Shown here piece after piece: positions 9,296 to 20,173 of a DNA stretch of 64,000 nucleotides. The notes below the pieces were generated by a model, which saw nothing but the letters and a program-made list of their open reading frames with translations, searched no databases and was not told the DNA's origin. The position numbers and the translations under genes were made by a program. Numbering within the stretch: position 1 is the stretch's first letter; each line of letters starts with the position of its first letter. The stretch comes from Bryobacterales bacterium (GTDB lineage: Bacteria > Acidobacteriota > Terriglobia > Bryobacterales > UBA6623): positions 2,057,116-2,121,115 of the forward strand of contig OZ245359.1 in the NCBI GenBank assembly GCA_965226385.1. Reading direction: 5' to 3'.

Positions 9296-10468
9296 ATGTC
9301 GAGGTTGATTCTGATCCTGTTACTTGCACAGTGTGGGTGGGGCGGAGAAGCCTGGAATCGTCACACGATTGATGCTTCCGAAGAAGGAGCCGATGGAGTC
9401 CGGCTTGCTGATGTGAATCATGATGGCAGACTTGATATCGCAACAGGCTGGGAAGAGTCCGGTATCGTGCGCGCCTATTTGCACCCCGGAACCCACAGGG
9501 TTCAATCCAATTGGCCGTCAGTTACCGCCGGTACCGTGAGTAGTCCTGAGGATGCAGTGTTTGCTGACATGGATGCAGACGGTGCGATCGATATCATCAG
9601 TTCCACAGAAGGCAATGAAAGAACTCTGTATGTTCATTACGCCCCACAGGAAGACTATCTCGATTCGAGTCGCTGGACAACAACCCCGATCGCAGCTTCA
9701 AGAGGTATGGCGCAATGGATGTTCGTGGTCCCGCTTGATGTGGATGGCAAAGGCAGACTTGACCTGATTGCAGGTTCGAAAAACAGCACTGGGTCTGTTG
9801 GTGTTTGGCAATACCCGAAAGATGCTGCAAAAGCACCTGTCTGGCAGCATTGGTATCACGCCGGTTGGATCATGTCATTGCTCCCTCATGATCTGGATAT
9901 GGATGGAGACATCGACATTGTGGCGAGTGACCGCAAAGGGCAGCAAAGGGGTGTGCTCTGGTTTGAAAATACTCCGAACCCGGAGGAGTGGCCTGTTCAT
10001 CGGGTTGGACCAGTTGATAAGCATGAGGTTATGTTTATAGACATTGCAGATCTTGATGGCGATGGTCTTGAGGATATTGTCAGTGCAGTGCGGGGTGGCC
10101 CGATCCTTTTTTTTAAACGTCTTCCGGGAGAGGCAGTCCGTTGGAGCAACCATCATGTTAGGTTTCCTGATAATGGTTTCGGGACCGGAAAGTCAGTTGC
10201 CGTCGGTGACATTGACCTGGACGGGGTACCGGACCTGATCTTCAGTTGTGAAAACGCCCACGGGGAACTGTCAGGAGTTGGACTGTTGCAACACAACGGT
10301 GATCCATTGGACAGCAACTGGCGTGTCACCGACATTGGGGGTCCAGAAGGTGTGAAATTCGATCTTGTCGAACTAGTTGATCTGGATGAGGACGGAGACC
10401 TGGATATCCTGACTTGTGAAGAAGCCGACTTGCTGGGTATTGTCTGGTATGAAAATCCGGCTCGTTGA
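9296..10468 (+). CDS. FG-GAP/VCBS-repeat beta-propeller protein, secreted
   Basis: 390-aa ORF with a signal peptide. It has repeated DxDGDGxxDI-type motifs (DVNHDGRLDI, DMDADGAIDI, DLDMDGDIDI, DLDGDGLEDI, DIDLDGVPDL, DLDEDGDLDI). Confidence 0.75.
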   Translation: MSRLILILLLAQCGWGGEAWNRHTIDASEEGADGVRLADVNHDGRLDIATGWEESGIVRAYLHPGTHRVQSNWPSVTAGTVSSPEDAVFADMDADGAIDIISSTEGNERTLYVHYAPQEDYLDSSRWTTTPIAASRGMAQWMFVVPLDVDGKGRLDLIAGSKNSTGSVGVWQYPKDAAKAPVWQHWYHAGWIMSLLPHDLDMDGDIDIVASDRKGQQRGVLWFENTPNPEEWPVHRVGPVDKHEVMFIDIADLDGDGLEDIVSAVRGGPILFFKRLPGEAVRWSNHHVRFPDNGFGTGKSVAVGDIDLDGVPDLIFSCENAHGELSGVGLLQHNGDPLDSNWRVTDIGGPEGVKFDLVELVDLDEDGDLDILTCEEADLLGIVWYENPAR

Positions 10469-10524
10469 GCTGATTCTGCCTTCGTTGAGTAAGAACCTGA
10501 TCAAGCACACGATATGGTGAAAGT

Positions 10525-11733
10525 ATGTCGTGGATGATGACCACAGCCCTGCCAGACAGTCTTGGGCGTTTCGGCGAGTACGGGGGGCGCTATGTTCCGG
10601 AAATACTTGTTGCACCACTGGATCAACTTGAAGGAACCTACCGGGAAATCAGCAAGAGTGCTGTGTTCCAGTCAGAACTTGAGGACCTGTTTCTCAATTA
10701 CGCCGGCCGACCCACGCCGCTATTTCACGCCCAAAGACTGAGCCAGCACCTGAAAGGCGCCGAAATATACCTCAAGCGTGAAGACCTGCTTCACACGGGA
10801 GCCCACAAGATCAACAACTGCCTTGGACAAGCACTGCTTGCCAGGCACATGGGCAAGAAACGCATCATCGCAGAGACAGGTGCCGGTCAACATGGAGTGG
10901 CAACAGCTACTGTTTGCGCACTCTTTGACATGGAATGCATCGTCTACATGGGGGAGGAGGACATGCGTCGGCAGGATCTGAACGTATTTCGCATGCGCTT
11001 GCTCGGTGCGAAAGTCGTAAGTGTCTCCACAGGAAGTCGGACACTGAAGGATGCAATCTCGGAAGCAATGCGTGACTGGGCAGGAAACTTCGAAAGTACC
11101 CATTACATGCTTGGTTCTGCCTTGGGGCCACATCCTTATCCAATGATTGTCCGGGATTTTCAGTCCGTGATCGGCCAGGAAGCAAGGCAACAGTTCCTTG
11201 CAATGTCTGAAGGAAAACTGCCTGATCAACTCATTGCCTGTGTCGGGGGAGGAAGCAATGCAATCGGTCTGTTCTACCCATTCCTGGAAGATGAGTCAGT
11301 CACCATGGTTGGAGTCGAGGCAGGTGGTCGCAGTACACAACTCGGGGATCACGCAGCCCGTTTTTCAGGGGGCCTTCCAGGGGTCTTGCAAGGCACCAAG
11401 AGTTATATCCTGCAAGATGAGGATGGCCAGATTGCCTTGACACACTCGATCTCAGCAGGTCTGGATTATGCATCAGTAGGTCCAGAACACGCCTGGCTCA
11501 GGGATCAGAAACGAGTCAGTTATACTTCTTGCTCCGATGAGAAAGCTCTGAACGCTGTTACAATGCTCTCGCATCTTGAAGGCATTATCCCCGCACTGGA
11601 ATCTGCCCATGCTGTTTCCGAGGCGATTGATCGGGCACCGGGAGCAGTTGGACAGACCTTGCTTGTGAACCTGTCCGGTCGTGGAGACAAGGATATCGGG
11701 ATTCTGCGAGAATCCATAGCGGGCCTGGACTGA
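10525..11733 (+). CDS. trpB: Tryptophan synthase beta chain
   Basis: [19 protein letters not shown] (PLP lysine), [10 protein letters not shown] and GGGSNAIG motifs; 402 aa. Confidence 0.92.
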   Translation: MSWMMTTALPDSLGRFGEYGGRYVPEILVAPLDQLEGTYREISKSAVFQSELEDLFLNYAGRPTPLFHAQRLSQHLKGAEIYLKREDLLHTGAHKINNCLGQALLARHMGKKRIIAETGAGQHGVATATVCALFDMECIVYMGEEDMRRQDLNVFRMRLLGAKVVSVSTGSRTLKDAISEAMRDWAGNFESTHYMLGSALGPHPYPMIVRDFQSVIGQEARQQFLAMSEGKLPDQLIACVGGGSNAIGLFYPFLEDESVTMVGVEAGGRSTQLGDHAARFSGGLPGVLQGTKSYILQDEDGQIALTHSISAGLDYASVGPEHAWLRDQKRVSYTSCSDEKALNAVTMLSHLEGIIPALESAHAVSEAIDRAPGAVGQTLLVNLSGRGDKDIGILRESIAGLD

Positions 11734-11771
11734 CTCACTCTTGCCGAGTCCACTTGGGTTTTCTGTCTCGT

Positions 11772-13271
11772 TTATTGAGTATCAAGTTGAAGTGGCTGGC
11801 CTGAGGAATCTGCGGAAGTTCGGTTCATGAGTTCTTCACAACGTTGTTGCAAGCCTGCCTCAAACATCACTGGATAGTTGAATTCACCATTCAGATCAAG
11901 AAGGTGGCCCGGTAGCAGGGCCAGTTGCTCTTGGCAGTGTAGGCGAACATCATCAAGAGCAGGGTTCTTGACAACAGGTTTGCCAGTACGAAGAACAGGA
12001 TTCAGTAAATCTTCAAAGGGTGTGTCGTCACTGAACTGAACACTGTCTTGCTTGTGTAGCGGATCAGTCCCGCTCCAGTTCGATTCAGGGGCATGGAGTT
12101 CGTCGTAAATCAGATCAGCAGTCATGAACCCATCCACACTGTAGCGACGAACCTGCAACATCCCTGGCGTTGAACTTTTCCCGGCATCATCGGAATGCTT
12201 CATTTTGTATTGCCATTCCCCCTGGGGGCCCCGAAGCAGGGATAACTTGTACACACCTCCCAGAGCCGAGTCACCCCCTGCGGTGGCTATGCTGGTACCA
12301 ACACCCCAGATTCCGATGGCAGTTCCCTGCTGCTTGAGATCAGCGATGGAATACTCGTCAAGATCATTTGAGGCAATGATGACAGTGTCATCAAACCCGG
12401 CTTCCGTGAGCAATCTGCGGGCTGCCCTGGACAACAAGGACAGGTTTCCGGAATCCAGCCGGATTCCTGCCAAATGAAGGCCTGCTTCCCGCATCTTCAT
12501 GCCAACCTTAATGGCATTCTTTACTCCTTCAATCGTGTCGTAGGTATCGACCAGAAATACGCAATTGTTTGGCATAGCACTGGCATAGCTTTCAAAAGCC
12601 TCCAGCTCTGTATCAAATGCCATCACCCAGCTATGGGCATGGGTTCCCCTGACAGGGATGCCATAGAGCTTGCCTGCCAGCAGGTTGGATGTTCCATCGC
12701 AGCCACCGATATAGGCAGCCCTGCTTGCGCTGAGTCCACCGTCTGGTCCATGAGCTCGCCGCAAGCCAAACTCAAGGACAGGGTCTCCGGCTGCAGACAG
12801 GCATACACGAGCAGCCTTGGTAGCGATGAGAGTCTGGAAGTTGATGATGTTGAGCAATACGGTTTCAATGAGCTGGCACTGCAGCAAGGGTCCGCGAACC
12901 CTTACCAGCGGCTCCTGGGCGAAGACGAGGCTCCCCTCAGCGACTCCATCCAGATCACACTCAAACTCCAGACAGTTGAGATATCGAAGGAATTCCTTAT
13001 CAAAAAGGGGTTGATTATCGCTGCCACACAGGGAGCCTAAGTAATCAATATCTTCCTTACTGAACTGAAAGTCCTTCAGCCACTCGGTGGCAGTTCCCAG
13101 TCCGGCGGCAATTGCAAATGAACTGCCAAATGGAGCTCTCCTGAAAAACTGCTGAAAAACTGCTTCACGTTTGTCGATGCCTTCTTTCCAGTACCCATAA
13201 GCCATGGTGAGCTGATACAGGTCAGTCAACAGGGCCATTGATTGACCGTGAGGTTGAAGCATTGAAATCAA
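11772..13271 (-). CDS. pncB: Nicotinate phosphoribosyltransferase
   Basis: LLTDLYQLTMAYGYWKEG N-terminus and the GTSN...GTHAHSW region typical of NAPRTase; 499-aa ORF. The start may be an internal Met. Confidence 0.8.
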   Translation of the reverse strand: MISMLQPHGQSMALLTDLYQLTMAYGYWKEGIDKREAVFQQFFRRAPFGSSFAIAAGLGTATEWLKDFQFSKEDIDYLGSLCGSDNQPLFDKEFLRYLNCLEFECDLDGVAEGSLVFAQEPLVRVRGPLLQCQLIETVLLNIINFQTLIATKAARVCLSAAGDPVLEFGLRRAHGPDGGLSASRAAYIGGCDGTSNLLAGKLYGIPVRGTHAHSWVMAFDTELEAFESYASAMPNNCVFLVDTYDTIEGVKNAIKVGMKMREAGLHLAGIRLDSGNLSLLSRAARRLLTEAGFDDTVIIASNDLDEYSIADLKQQGTAIGIWGVGTSIATAGGDSALGGVYKLSLLRGPQGEWQYKMKHSDDAGKSSTPGMLQVRRYSVDGFMTADLIYDELHAPESNWSGTDPLHKQDSVQFSDDTPFEDLLNPVLRTGKPVVKNPALDDVRLHCQEQLALLPGHLLDLNGEFNYPVMFEAGLQQRCEELMNRTSADSSGQPLQLDTQ

Positions 13272-13275
13272 ACCA

Positions 13276-14043
13276 TCAGGAATGGTTGCGTTTCCAAATC
13301 AGTCGCAAACCTTCCAGCGTGAGGTTGTTGTTGACCTCCTGAATGTAGCGAGATGCAGGTGCCAGGATCTGAGCCTGCCCGCCTGTAGCGACAACGCTTG
13401 TCTTGGGGCCGAGTTGCTCCAGCATCTTTTCGAGAATGCTGTCCGTCATACCCAGAATTCCGTAGTACAAACCGGACTGCAGGCTGGCGACCGTGTTGGT
13501 TCCGATCACATCGGGTGGTTTGCGTAAATCAATCTGTGGCAATCTGGCAGTTCGACGGAACAGTGCATCGGAAGATATTTGGATTCCAGGGCAGATCACT
13601 CCACCAAGGTACTCCCTGTTTTCCGAGATGGCATCGAAAGTGATTGCAGTTCCAAAATCCACAGCAATACACGGGCAGCCGTAACGGTCGGAAGCAGCGA
13701 CAGAGTTAACGATGCGGTCGGCACCGATCTCCTCCAGTTTGTCAATACAGATATCCAACCCGGTAGGTGTGAGAGAAGTTACACTCAAGGGTTCGAGATT
13801 CAGATAGCGTTCCGCCATACCACTGATTGAGGCATCCAGTTGAGGCACAACGGATGAGACGATGATGCCATGGACTTTCCTGGTTTCCACTCCGGCGATG
13901 TTAAAAAGGTTGCGGAACAGAACGCCCCAACCATCTATGGTCTGTTCCGGATCGGTTTTTAATCGCCAGTCAGCCAGTAACCGATCGCCTTCAAAAAGTC
14001 CGAGGGTTATGTTGGTATTCCCGACATCAACTGCCAGCAGCAC
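13276..14043 (-). CDS. coaX: Type III pantothenate kinase
   Basis: MLLAVDVGNTNITLGLF N-terminus, with the DFGTA and GGxA motifs of CoaX; 255 aa. Confidence 0.88.
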   Translation of the reverse strand: MLLAVDVGNTNITLGLFEGDRLLADWRLKTDPEQTIDGWGVLFRNLFNIAGVETRKVHGIIVSSVVPQLDASISGMAERYLNLEPLSVTSLTPTGLDICIDKLEEIGADRIVNSVAASDRYGCPCIAVDFGTAITFDAISENREYLGGVICPGIQISSDALFRRTARLPQIDLRKPPDVIGTNTVASLQSGLYYGILGMTDSILEKMLEQLGPKTSVVATGGQAQILAPASRYIQEVNNNLTLEGLRLIWKRNHS

Positions 14044-14860
14044 TATCTTCTATTGTGCCTTCATCTGGCCTGACGCTGCCTGCCACAACTGGAATAATGC
14101 GATCACAGTTATCTCGCAGAAGCAGTTGGCCATTTGAATTCAGTCCGGCGGTGACTCCCCTTAGCATGCATTTGTCGTTCTCTTCCTTGTCCTGTACGAT
14201 GACACGTCTTCCTTTTACATAGCTGGATGCTTGTTGAAAGGCATCCAGGATCACGTCTTTGCCATTGTCAAGAAACAGTGCATAGTAGGTTGCGAGAGAG
14301 TTCAGGAGGGTTGGCAAAATACTTTCCTGACTGAATGTACGATCTGTTTCAATCCGCAAGGAAGTCGCTATCGGGTTAAGGTCAGGTGGGAACTCAAGCT
14401 GATTCAAGTTGATTCCAATCCCCACAATCACATGCTGGATGTGATCTAGTTGATTTTCCATCTCGACCAGGATGCCACAGCACTTTTTCTCATTGATCAG
14501 AATATCGTTGGGCCAGCGGATATCGCAGTGGATTCCGGTAATTTGCTCCAGTGCTTCCCTGACACCCAACCCCGCGAGCAGTGTGAGAATTGGAGCTTGA
14601 GAAGGTTTGCATACCGGTCTTAACACGAGTGAGAGATATAGCCCCTGGCCTGGCTCTGAAACCCAGTTGCGGCCGAGTCGACCACGTCCGGAAGTCTGCT
14701 GATCAGCCGTGACAATGGTTCCTTCCGGGCAGTCCTGGTGTGCCTTCACGGCAGCTGCCCGCATTGTTGTATCCAGTCTTTCGTAGTGGAAAGCTGGTTG
14801 ACCGAAAGAAAGTGCCATTACTTGGCTTGATAGTTGCCGTACGACCTGGGAAGTAGTCAC
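14027..14860 (-). CDS. birA: Biotin--[acetyl-CoA-carboxylase] ligase (no HTH domain)
   Basis: GRGRLGRNWVSEPGQGLYLSLVL is the BirA signature. 277 aa, overlapping the coaX start. Confidence 0.85.
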   Translation of the reverse strand: MTTSQVVRQLSSQVMALSFGQPAFHYERLDTTMRAAAVKAHQDCPEGTIVTADQQTSGRGRLGRNWVSEPGQGLYLSLVLRPVCKPSQAPILTLLAGLGVREALEQITGIHCDIRWPNDILINEKKCCGILVEMENQLDHIQHVIVGIGINLNQLEFPPDLNPIATSLRIETDRTFSQESILPTLLNSLATYYALFLDNGKDVILDAFQQASSYVKGRRVIVQDKEENDKCMLRGVTAGLNSNGQLLLRDNCDRIIPVVAGSVRPDEGTIEDSAAGS

Positions 14861-15198
14861 TGCGTTATGGACGGGAGTTCCACAATGCAGCTATTGCTTC
14901 TGTTTGGAATCTTCAGGATAAGAAAAGTTGAATCCTGAACGTCTTTACGGATCTGATCATAATCTTAACGGAGCATCCATCACAGCACCCATCCTGGAGC
15001 CGGGCACCCCTCAATGGGTCGCTATCCAGCAGCGGCTACGGCTCTGCGGCGGGTGAACCTCCGTGAACACGATGCGGAAGCACCCCCAGCCGCAAATACC
15101 AAAAAAATTTGCAGAACTTTCTTGACACAACTACCTTGCAAGTAGGAACCAAGCAGCCGGGTTATCTCGCGCCAGTTCTGTAGATATTGTCCTCAGTA

Positions 15199-15297
15199 GC
15201 ACAGGCAATTCTGCCTGTGCGGAACAGACAGGGTTGTCTGCCACACTGATACAATCAGGCTAGATTGGATGGAAAGGACAGACAGGATTGTCTGTCC
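15199..15297. repeat. Three related short palindromic hairpins (REP-like); the last is a probable terminator of the D-aminoacylase gene
   Basis: GCACAGGCA-ATTC-TGCCTGTGC (15199-15220), CAGACA-GGGT-TGTCTG (15225-15240) and GGACAGACA-GGAT-TGTCTGTCC (15276-15297). The third lies 9 nt beyond the stop at 15306-15308 and is followed by TTT on the minus strand. Confidence 0.6.
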
Positions 15298-15305
15298 CAC
15301 CTCGT

Positions 15306-16952
15306 CTACTGCGATTCGACCACGCGGCCGGGCCCCATCAGGACCTGGCCAGGACGCTGGCCGCTCATTTTGCCGTCATCCAGCACGACCACGCCGTTGA
15401 CGAGCACGTAAGAGACGCCCTCCGAGTAGTGATGTGAATCGCCGAACTCGGAGCGGTCGATGATGCGGTCTGGGTCAAAGATGGTCACATCGGCTTTCAT
15501 GGCCGGCCGGATCAACCCGCGGTCGAACTGCCCGATGCGTTGGGCGGGTAGCGAGGTCATTCGGCGAACCGCATCCTCCAGACGTAGAATTCCTTTCTCG
15601 CGCACATAGCGGGCCAGAACGCGAGGAAACGTCCCGTAGTATCGCGGGTGCGGCACACCCTCGCCGAAGACATGGATGGCGCCGTCGGAGGCGATCATGG
15701 TGCCCGGATACTGCATCACCCGCACCACGTCCTCCTCGCTCATGGCGTGGTAGATCGCCCGGCAACCGCCCGCCGCCTGGATCTCGATCGCGGTCTCGGC
15801 GGCGTTCTCGAAGTTCACCTCACGGCCGCGGTCGCGAGTGGCGTCGGCCAGCGTTTTGCCGTCTAGGGACGAATCCCAGGTACACTGCGCGAACTGGATA
15901 TTTTTGGGGTCGCCGGCGCCTCGATCCACGTCGATCAGGTGCGCGACTTCAGCCTTGATGCGTGCCTTGGTGGCAGGGTCGGCAATGCGCTTCAAGAACT
16001 GCTCGTGTCCGCCTTCTTGCGCCCACTGCGGGAATATGGCGCCGGTGCCGGTGTGGGACGCCGTGTAGGGATATTGATCGACGGAAACATCCACGCCCCG
16101 CTGGCGGGCTTCTTCAATGAGCTGCAAGGACGCGGCGGTTTGGCCCCAGTTGGCTCTCCCGGTCGCTTTGTGATGCGTGATCTGGGTAGGCAAGCCACCT
16201 TCCTCGCCGATGCGGATCGTTTCGCGCACGCTGTCGAGCAGGCCGGTGGACTCGTCGCGCATGTGCGAGGTGTAGATGCCGCCGTACTCGGCGGCTACTT
16301 TGGCCAGCTCCACCAGCTCTTCGGTGGGAGCGAAGTTGCCCGGGATGTAGAACAGCCCGCTGCTCATCCCCATCGCGCCCTGCTCCATGGCCTGGCGCAC
16401 CAGGCGGCGCATCTGATCGAGCTCTTGGGGCGTTGCGTCGCGGTCGACCATGCCAATGATTTCCTGGCGCACGCTACCGTGCCCGATGAACGCCCCGACG
16501 TTGACGGCGATGTGCGTGGAGGCCACTTTCTCGAAAAAGCCTCCCAGCGGGATGGGCGAGCTGCCATCGGGGCCTTCGATGATGCTGGTGACGCCCTGGC
16601 GGATGAAATTCTCGCCGTTGGGCGTTTCGAACATTGCCCGCCGGCTGTGGTTATGAACGTCAATGAATCCCGGCGCAACGATTTGCTGCTTGGCGTCGAT
16701 GGTGCGGCGGGCCGTCGCTCCCCGCAGGCTGCCGACCGCGGTGATGCGGTCGCCGCGGATGCCCACGTCGCCACGGAACCAGGGGTTGCCCGCGCCGTCG
16801 AGGATTCGCCCGTTACGGATAATAACGTCAAATGGCTGGTTGGATTGGGCCCGGACGGGCGCGGCTCCGATACAGAAAAGAATGAGCACCGCCAAAGCCA
16901 AGCGGTGGTGCAGGGAGCAGAGTTCGATTCGCATCCTGGTCTCCTTTTTCAA
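15306..16952 (-). CDS. N-acyl-D-amino-acid deacylase (D-aminoacylase) family amidohydrolase, secreted
   Basis: 548-aa ORF with a signal peptide. It has [29 protein letters not shown] and the IDVHNHS metal-binding motif. The segment is GC-rich. Confidence 0.8.
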   Translation of the reverse strand: MKKETRMRIELCSLHHRLALAVLILFCIGAAPVRAQSNQPFDVIIRNGRILDGAGNPWFRGDVGIRGDRITAVGSLRGATARRTIDAKQQIVAPGFIDVHNHSRRAMFETPNGENFIRQGVTSIIEGPDGSSPIPLGGFFEKVASTHIAVNVGAFIGHGSVRQEIIGMVDRDATPQELDQMRRLVRQAMEQGAMGMSSGLFYIPGNFAPTEELVELAKVAAEYGGIYTSHMRDESTGLLDSVRETIRIGEEGGLPTQITHHKATGRANWGQTAASLQLIEEARQRGVDVSVDQYPYTASHTGTGAIFPQWAQEGGHEQFLKRIADPATKARIKAEVAHLIDVDRGAGDPKNIQFAQCTWDSSLDGKTLADATRDRGREVNFENAAETAIEIQAAGGCRAIYHAMSEEDVVRVMQYPGTMIASDGAIHVFGEGVPHPRYYGTFPRVLARYVREKGILRLEDAVRRMTSLPAQRIGQFDRGLIRPAMKADVTIFDPDRIIDRSEFGDSHHYSEGVSYVLVNGVVVLDDGKMSGQRPGQVLMGPGRVVESQ

Positions 16953-17010
16953 AAGGGTACTTCATACAGTAGAATCCTATATAATATCTTTCATCGGGAG
17001 TGTGTTTCTG

Positions 17011-17277
17011 GTGAAGAAAGCAACGCTCTTGGTTTTCGGAGCGGCTCTGGCCTACGCCATGCTGTGGGCCGACGAGGCGCCACGGCTGGAGCCGCCGATG
17101 GGCATGCCCCCGCACCCGGCCGATAACCCCGGCACGCCCGAGAAAATTCTGCTCGGCGAGACGCTGTTTTTCGAGACGATGCTGTCGAGCGGCCGCCAGC
17201 GCAGTTGCTCGACGTGCCACAAGCCGGAGTTGTACTTCACCGATGGTTTTTCGCGATGCCTGCCTGGCGACGATTAG
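17011..17277 (+). pseudogene. Di-haem cytochrome c peroxidase, N-terminal fragment only
   Basis: A GTG-start signal peptide is followed by [34 protein letters not shown] (first CxxCH haem site). The ORF stops after ~88 aa, whereas the family is ~350 aa. Confidence 0.65.
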
Positions 17278-17758
17278 AATTGCCGGTTGTGCTTCGGAAG
17301 TTGGAGGGTGGCAGAGGGAGCCCGAAGGGCGACCAATGCCGCCCTCGGATAGTAGCAGAGAGAGGGGGTAGCAGGGGCCAGACCCGAGCCCCAGCCCTCC
17401 TACAAAGAATGAGAGCTGACTGACGAGTGGAAGGCCGGTTCCGGCTTGAGGTTGCCGGGCAATCCGACATGGAAGACCCGACCCAGCAGGGGCGCGCCAT
17501 TGGGGTAGGTGGTAGACATCCATGTCGTGTGCTCTGGCAGCATCGTTGTGAGCTTCTAGATTCACGGTTGGGTGCACTGGCGGCTCCTCTGCATCAATCA
17601 GGGCCATCTTGCGCCCTAGGCTGCCAATTTCATCTTCCGGGATATCCCTTTCATGCTGCACAATACACACCCGGCAAGAACTTCTGGCGGTCTGGAGCAT
17701 TCGGACCCTGGCTGGTGACCAAAGACGAGATCCCCGATCCGGAGTCTTTGGTCCTTGA

Positions 17759-19878
17759 CCCGACTTCGTCGACTTCGTGCTCGCTTCGGCTGATTTCAGG
17801 GGTTTTCGGCGCGAAAGTCCAATGAATCCGGGGCGTCCCGGCTGGCCAGGCGCTGTGTAGTGCCATAAAATGTTATAATAGGCAGAAACATGTTGCGCCG
17901 CGCCCCGGCGCTGCGCCATGCTGGGGTTGTGTTCATCCGCAAGACCGCAACCCGCGCCCGCCGCGACGGCGGCAGCTACACCTCGTTCCGACTGGTGGAG
18001 TCGGTCCGCTCCGGCTCGCAGGTCAGCCAGCGCACGCTGCTCAACCTGGGATCCGGCTTCGCCGTGCCCCCGGAGCGCTGGCCGGAGCTGGTGCTGCTGG
18101 TGGAGTCGCTGCGCTCGGGCCAAGCCTGCCTGCTGGAGCCCGATCCCGCTTTGCTCGGCGAAGCCGAACGCATCGCCGAGGCGCTGCGCCTGCGGGGCCT
18201 CGACGCCCCTGCCGAGCAAGCCATCGCCGTGCACCTCGACTCCCTGGAGCACTCGCGGGTCCGCTCCGTCGGCTGCGAGCGCCTCGCGTTGCACACCTTG
18301 GATCAGCTGGGCTTGCAGGACGCCCTGCGGGCGCAGGGTGTGTCCGCCCGCGACGCCGCCGTCGCCGCGGCGCTGGTCGTCGCCCGCATGGTCCATCCCT
18401 CTTCCGAACACGCGGCCCACGCCTGGCTCGCAGGCTCCTCGGCGACCCTCGAGCTGCTCGGCCTGGAACGGGCCAAGCCTTTGTCGCTGAGTAAGTTGTA
18501 CCGCACCTCCGACCTGCTCTGGAAGCACCGCGAGGCGCTCGAAACGGCCCTCGCTCAACGCGAGCGGAGCCTCTTCGACACGCCCGAGGCGATCGTCTTC
18601 TACGACCTGACCAACGTGCACTATCACGGCCGGCCGGGCGGTGACATGCAGTTCGGCCGCTCCAAGCAGAAGCGCAGCGACTGTCCGCTGGCGACCTTGG
18701 CGCTGGCCTTGGACGGGGCGGGCTTCCCACGCTGCAGCGAGGTGCTCAAGGGCAATGTCTCCGAGCCCGGCACGCTGCAGGCCGCGATCGATCGGCTGGA
18801 AGCGCAGCGGGAGGCCGGCCCGCTCCCGACGGTGGTCATGGACGCGGGCTTGTCGACAGAGGCAAACCTGGCCTGGCTGCGCGCCCGCGGCTATCCGTGG
18901 ATCACGGTGCAGCGCGGCCGGGCGCCGCGCCCGGACAGCGCGCCGGACGCGGCGTTCGCCACGCGGGCAGGCCATCCGGTGCAGGCCTGGCGGGTCGACA
19001 GCGAGGGGGACGAGACGCACCTGCGGGTGTGGAGCCAGCAGCGCCAGCAGAAGGACGAGGCGATCGTGGCACGGCGGCGGGAACGCTTCGAGGCGGAGGT
19101 CCGGGCGCTGCACGCGGGGCTGGCCCGCAAGGGCTGCACGAAGCGCTACGACAAGGTGCTGGAACAGCTGGGACGGCTCAAGGAACGCTACCGGCAGGTG
19201 GCGGGGCAGTATGACATTGCCGTCGAGCGCGGCAGCGGCAAAGGGCGCGCAGCGCAGCTGGCCACCGCGATCCGGATCGAGCCCAACGGCAAGCATCCGG
19301 CGCGCGACGCCCAGGCCGGCATGTACGTGCTGTGCACCAGCCACACGCAGTGGGGTCCGGAACGGGTCGTGCAGACGTACTGGCAGCTGGCCGAAATCGA
19401 GGCCGCCTTCCGCAGCCTGAAGGGCGAGGCGGGCCTGCGTCCCATTTTCCATGTCAAGCCCAGCCGCATCCGCGCCCACCTGTTCCTGGCCGTGCTCGCC
19501 TATCACGGCGTGCACTTGCTGCGCAAACGCCTGGCGCCGGCGGGCCTCCGCTCCAGTTGGGAGACGATCCGCCGCCAGCTCGCCGGCTGGGTCCGCCTCA
19601 CCACCTCCCTGCGCGCGGCCGACGGCCGCTGGATCCAGTGCCGCCAGGACTCCCGCCCAGACGCCAAAGCCGCAGAACTGGCCCGCGCCATCGGCCTGAT
19701 GCCGGGCCTGCATCGCATGCGCACCAGCCACGCGGCGGATGCCACGCCGTCACCGTCTTCCACGCAATAATCGGCGCCCCCGACAGATTTTGTGATGCCA
19801 TAACGCCTGACCTGCATCCGCAAGTCATCTCATTTCAATCACTTGTACTGTCTCGAATTCAAATATGACGAAGTCGGG
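17759..19878 (+). mobile_element. Complete IS1634/IS4-like insertion sequence (2120 bp)
   Basis: Terminal inverted repeats are CCCGACTTCGTC (17759-17770) and GACGAAGTCGGG (19867-19878). A 4-bp direct duplication TTGA flanks the element (17755-17758 and 19879-19882). It holds a single transposase ORF. Confidence 0.85.
17890..19770 (+). CDS. IS1634/IS4-family DDE transposase
   Basis: 626-aa ORF. The N-terminus is FIRKTATRARRDGGSYTSFRLVESVRSG. Other motifs are IVFYDLTNVHYHG, VVMDAGLSTEANL and the C-terminal YWQLAEIEAAFRSLK (YREK-like). Confidence 0.75.
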   Translation: MLRRAPALRHAGVVFIRKTATRARRDGGSYTSFRLVESVRSGSQVSQRTLLNLGSGFAVPPERWPELVLLVESLRSGQACLLEPDPALLGEAERIAEALRLRGLDAPAEQAIAVHLDSLEHSRVRSVGCERLALHTLDQLGLQDALRAQGVSARDAAVAAALVVARMVHPSSEHAAHAWLAGSSATLELLGLERAKPLSLSKLYRTSDLLWKHREALETALAQRERSLFDTPEAIVFYDLTNVHYHGRPGGDMQFGRSKQKRSDCPLATLALALDGAGFPRCSEVLKGNVSEPGTLQAAIDRLEAQREAGPLPTVVMDAGLSTEANLAWLRARGYPWITVQRGRAPRPDSAPDAAFATRAGHPVQAWRVDSEGDETHLRVWSQQRQQKDEAIVARRRERFEAEVRALHAGLARKGCTKRYDKVLEQLGRLKERYRQVAGQYDIAVERGSGKGRAAQLATAIRIEPNGKHPARDAQAGMYVLCTSHTQWGPERVVQTYWQLAEIEAAFRSLKGEAGLRPIFHVKPSRIRAHLFLAVLAYHGVHLLRKRLAPAGLRSSWETIRRQLAGWVRLTTSLRAADGRWIQCRQDSRPDAKAAELARAIGLMPGLHRMRTSHAADATPSPSSTQ

Positions 19879-20173
19879 TTGAGACGCGTCTGAACGGCGA
19901 GGTCATGCAGCATGCCCCGATTTCCGACCTGCTATTCGATATTCCTTACCTGATCCATTACCTCTCCGTAATCTTTCCGCTTAGTCCGGGTGATGTGATC
20001 ACGACCGGAACACCCAGTGGAGTCGGGCGAGTGCGCAATCCAACAGTGTTTCTCAGGGCAGGAGACCGGATCGAGGTAGAAATCTCCCGCATCGGAATTC
20101 TTTCGAATCCGGTGGAGGATGAACATCAGGCCTTTGGATCCTGACAGTTGTCAGTGAAAGATACGGTTGATGT

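Larger units (their letters stand above)
17661..20144 (+). pseudogene. Fumarylacetoacetate hydrolase (FAH) family gene, interrupted by an IS and lacking a recognisable 5' part
   Basis: QYTPGKNFWRSGAFGPWLVTKDEIPDPESLVL (17661-17758) continues after the IS as ETRLNGEVMQHAPISDLLFDIPYLIHYLSVIFPLSPGDVITTGTPSGVG...(19883-20144). Removing 17759-19882 restores the frame. Confidence 0.8.

Noticed and set aside
15939-17126. 395-aa plus-strand ORF
   Set aside because: It is antisense to the well-supported D-aminoacylase gene, has no recognisable motifs and shows the compositional signature of a GC-rich shadow ORF.
16828-19731. 967-aa minus-strand ORF, the longest in this part of the window
   Set aside because: It runs antisense through the D-aminoacylase 5' end, the cytochrome c peroxidase fragment, the FAH fragment and the whole IS1634-like transposase. 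It crosses the IS boundary at 17759 and has an Ala/Arg/Gly/Pro-rich low-complexity composition. This is the typical stop-poor antisense frame of GC-rich DNA.
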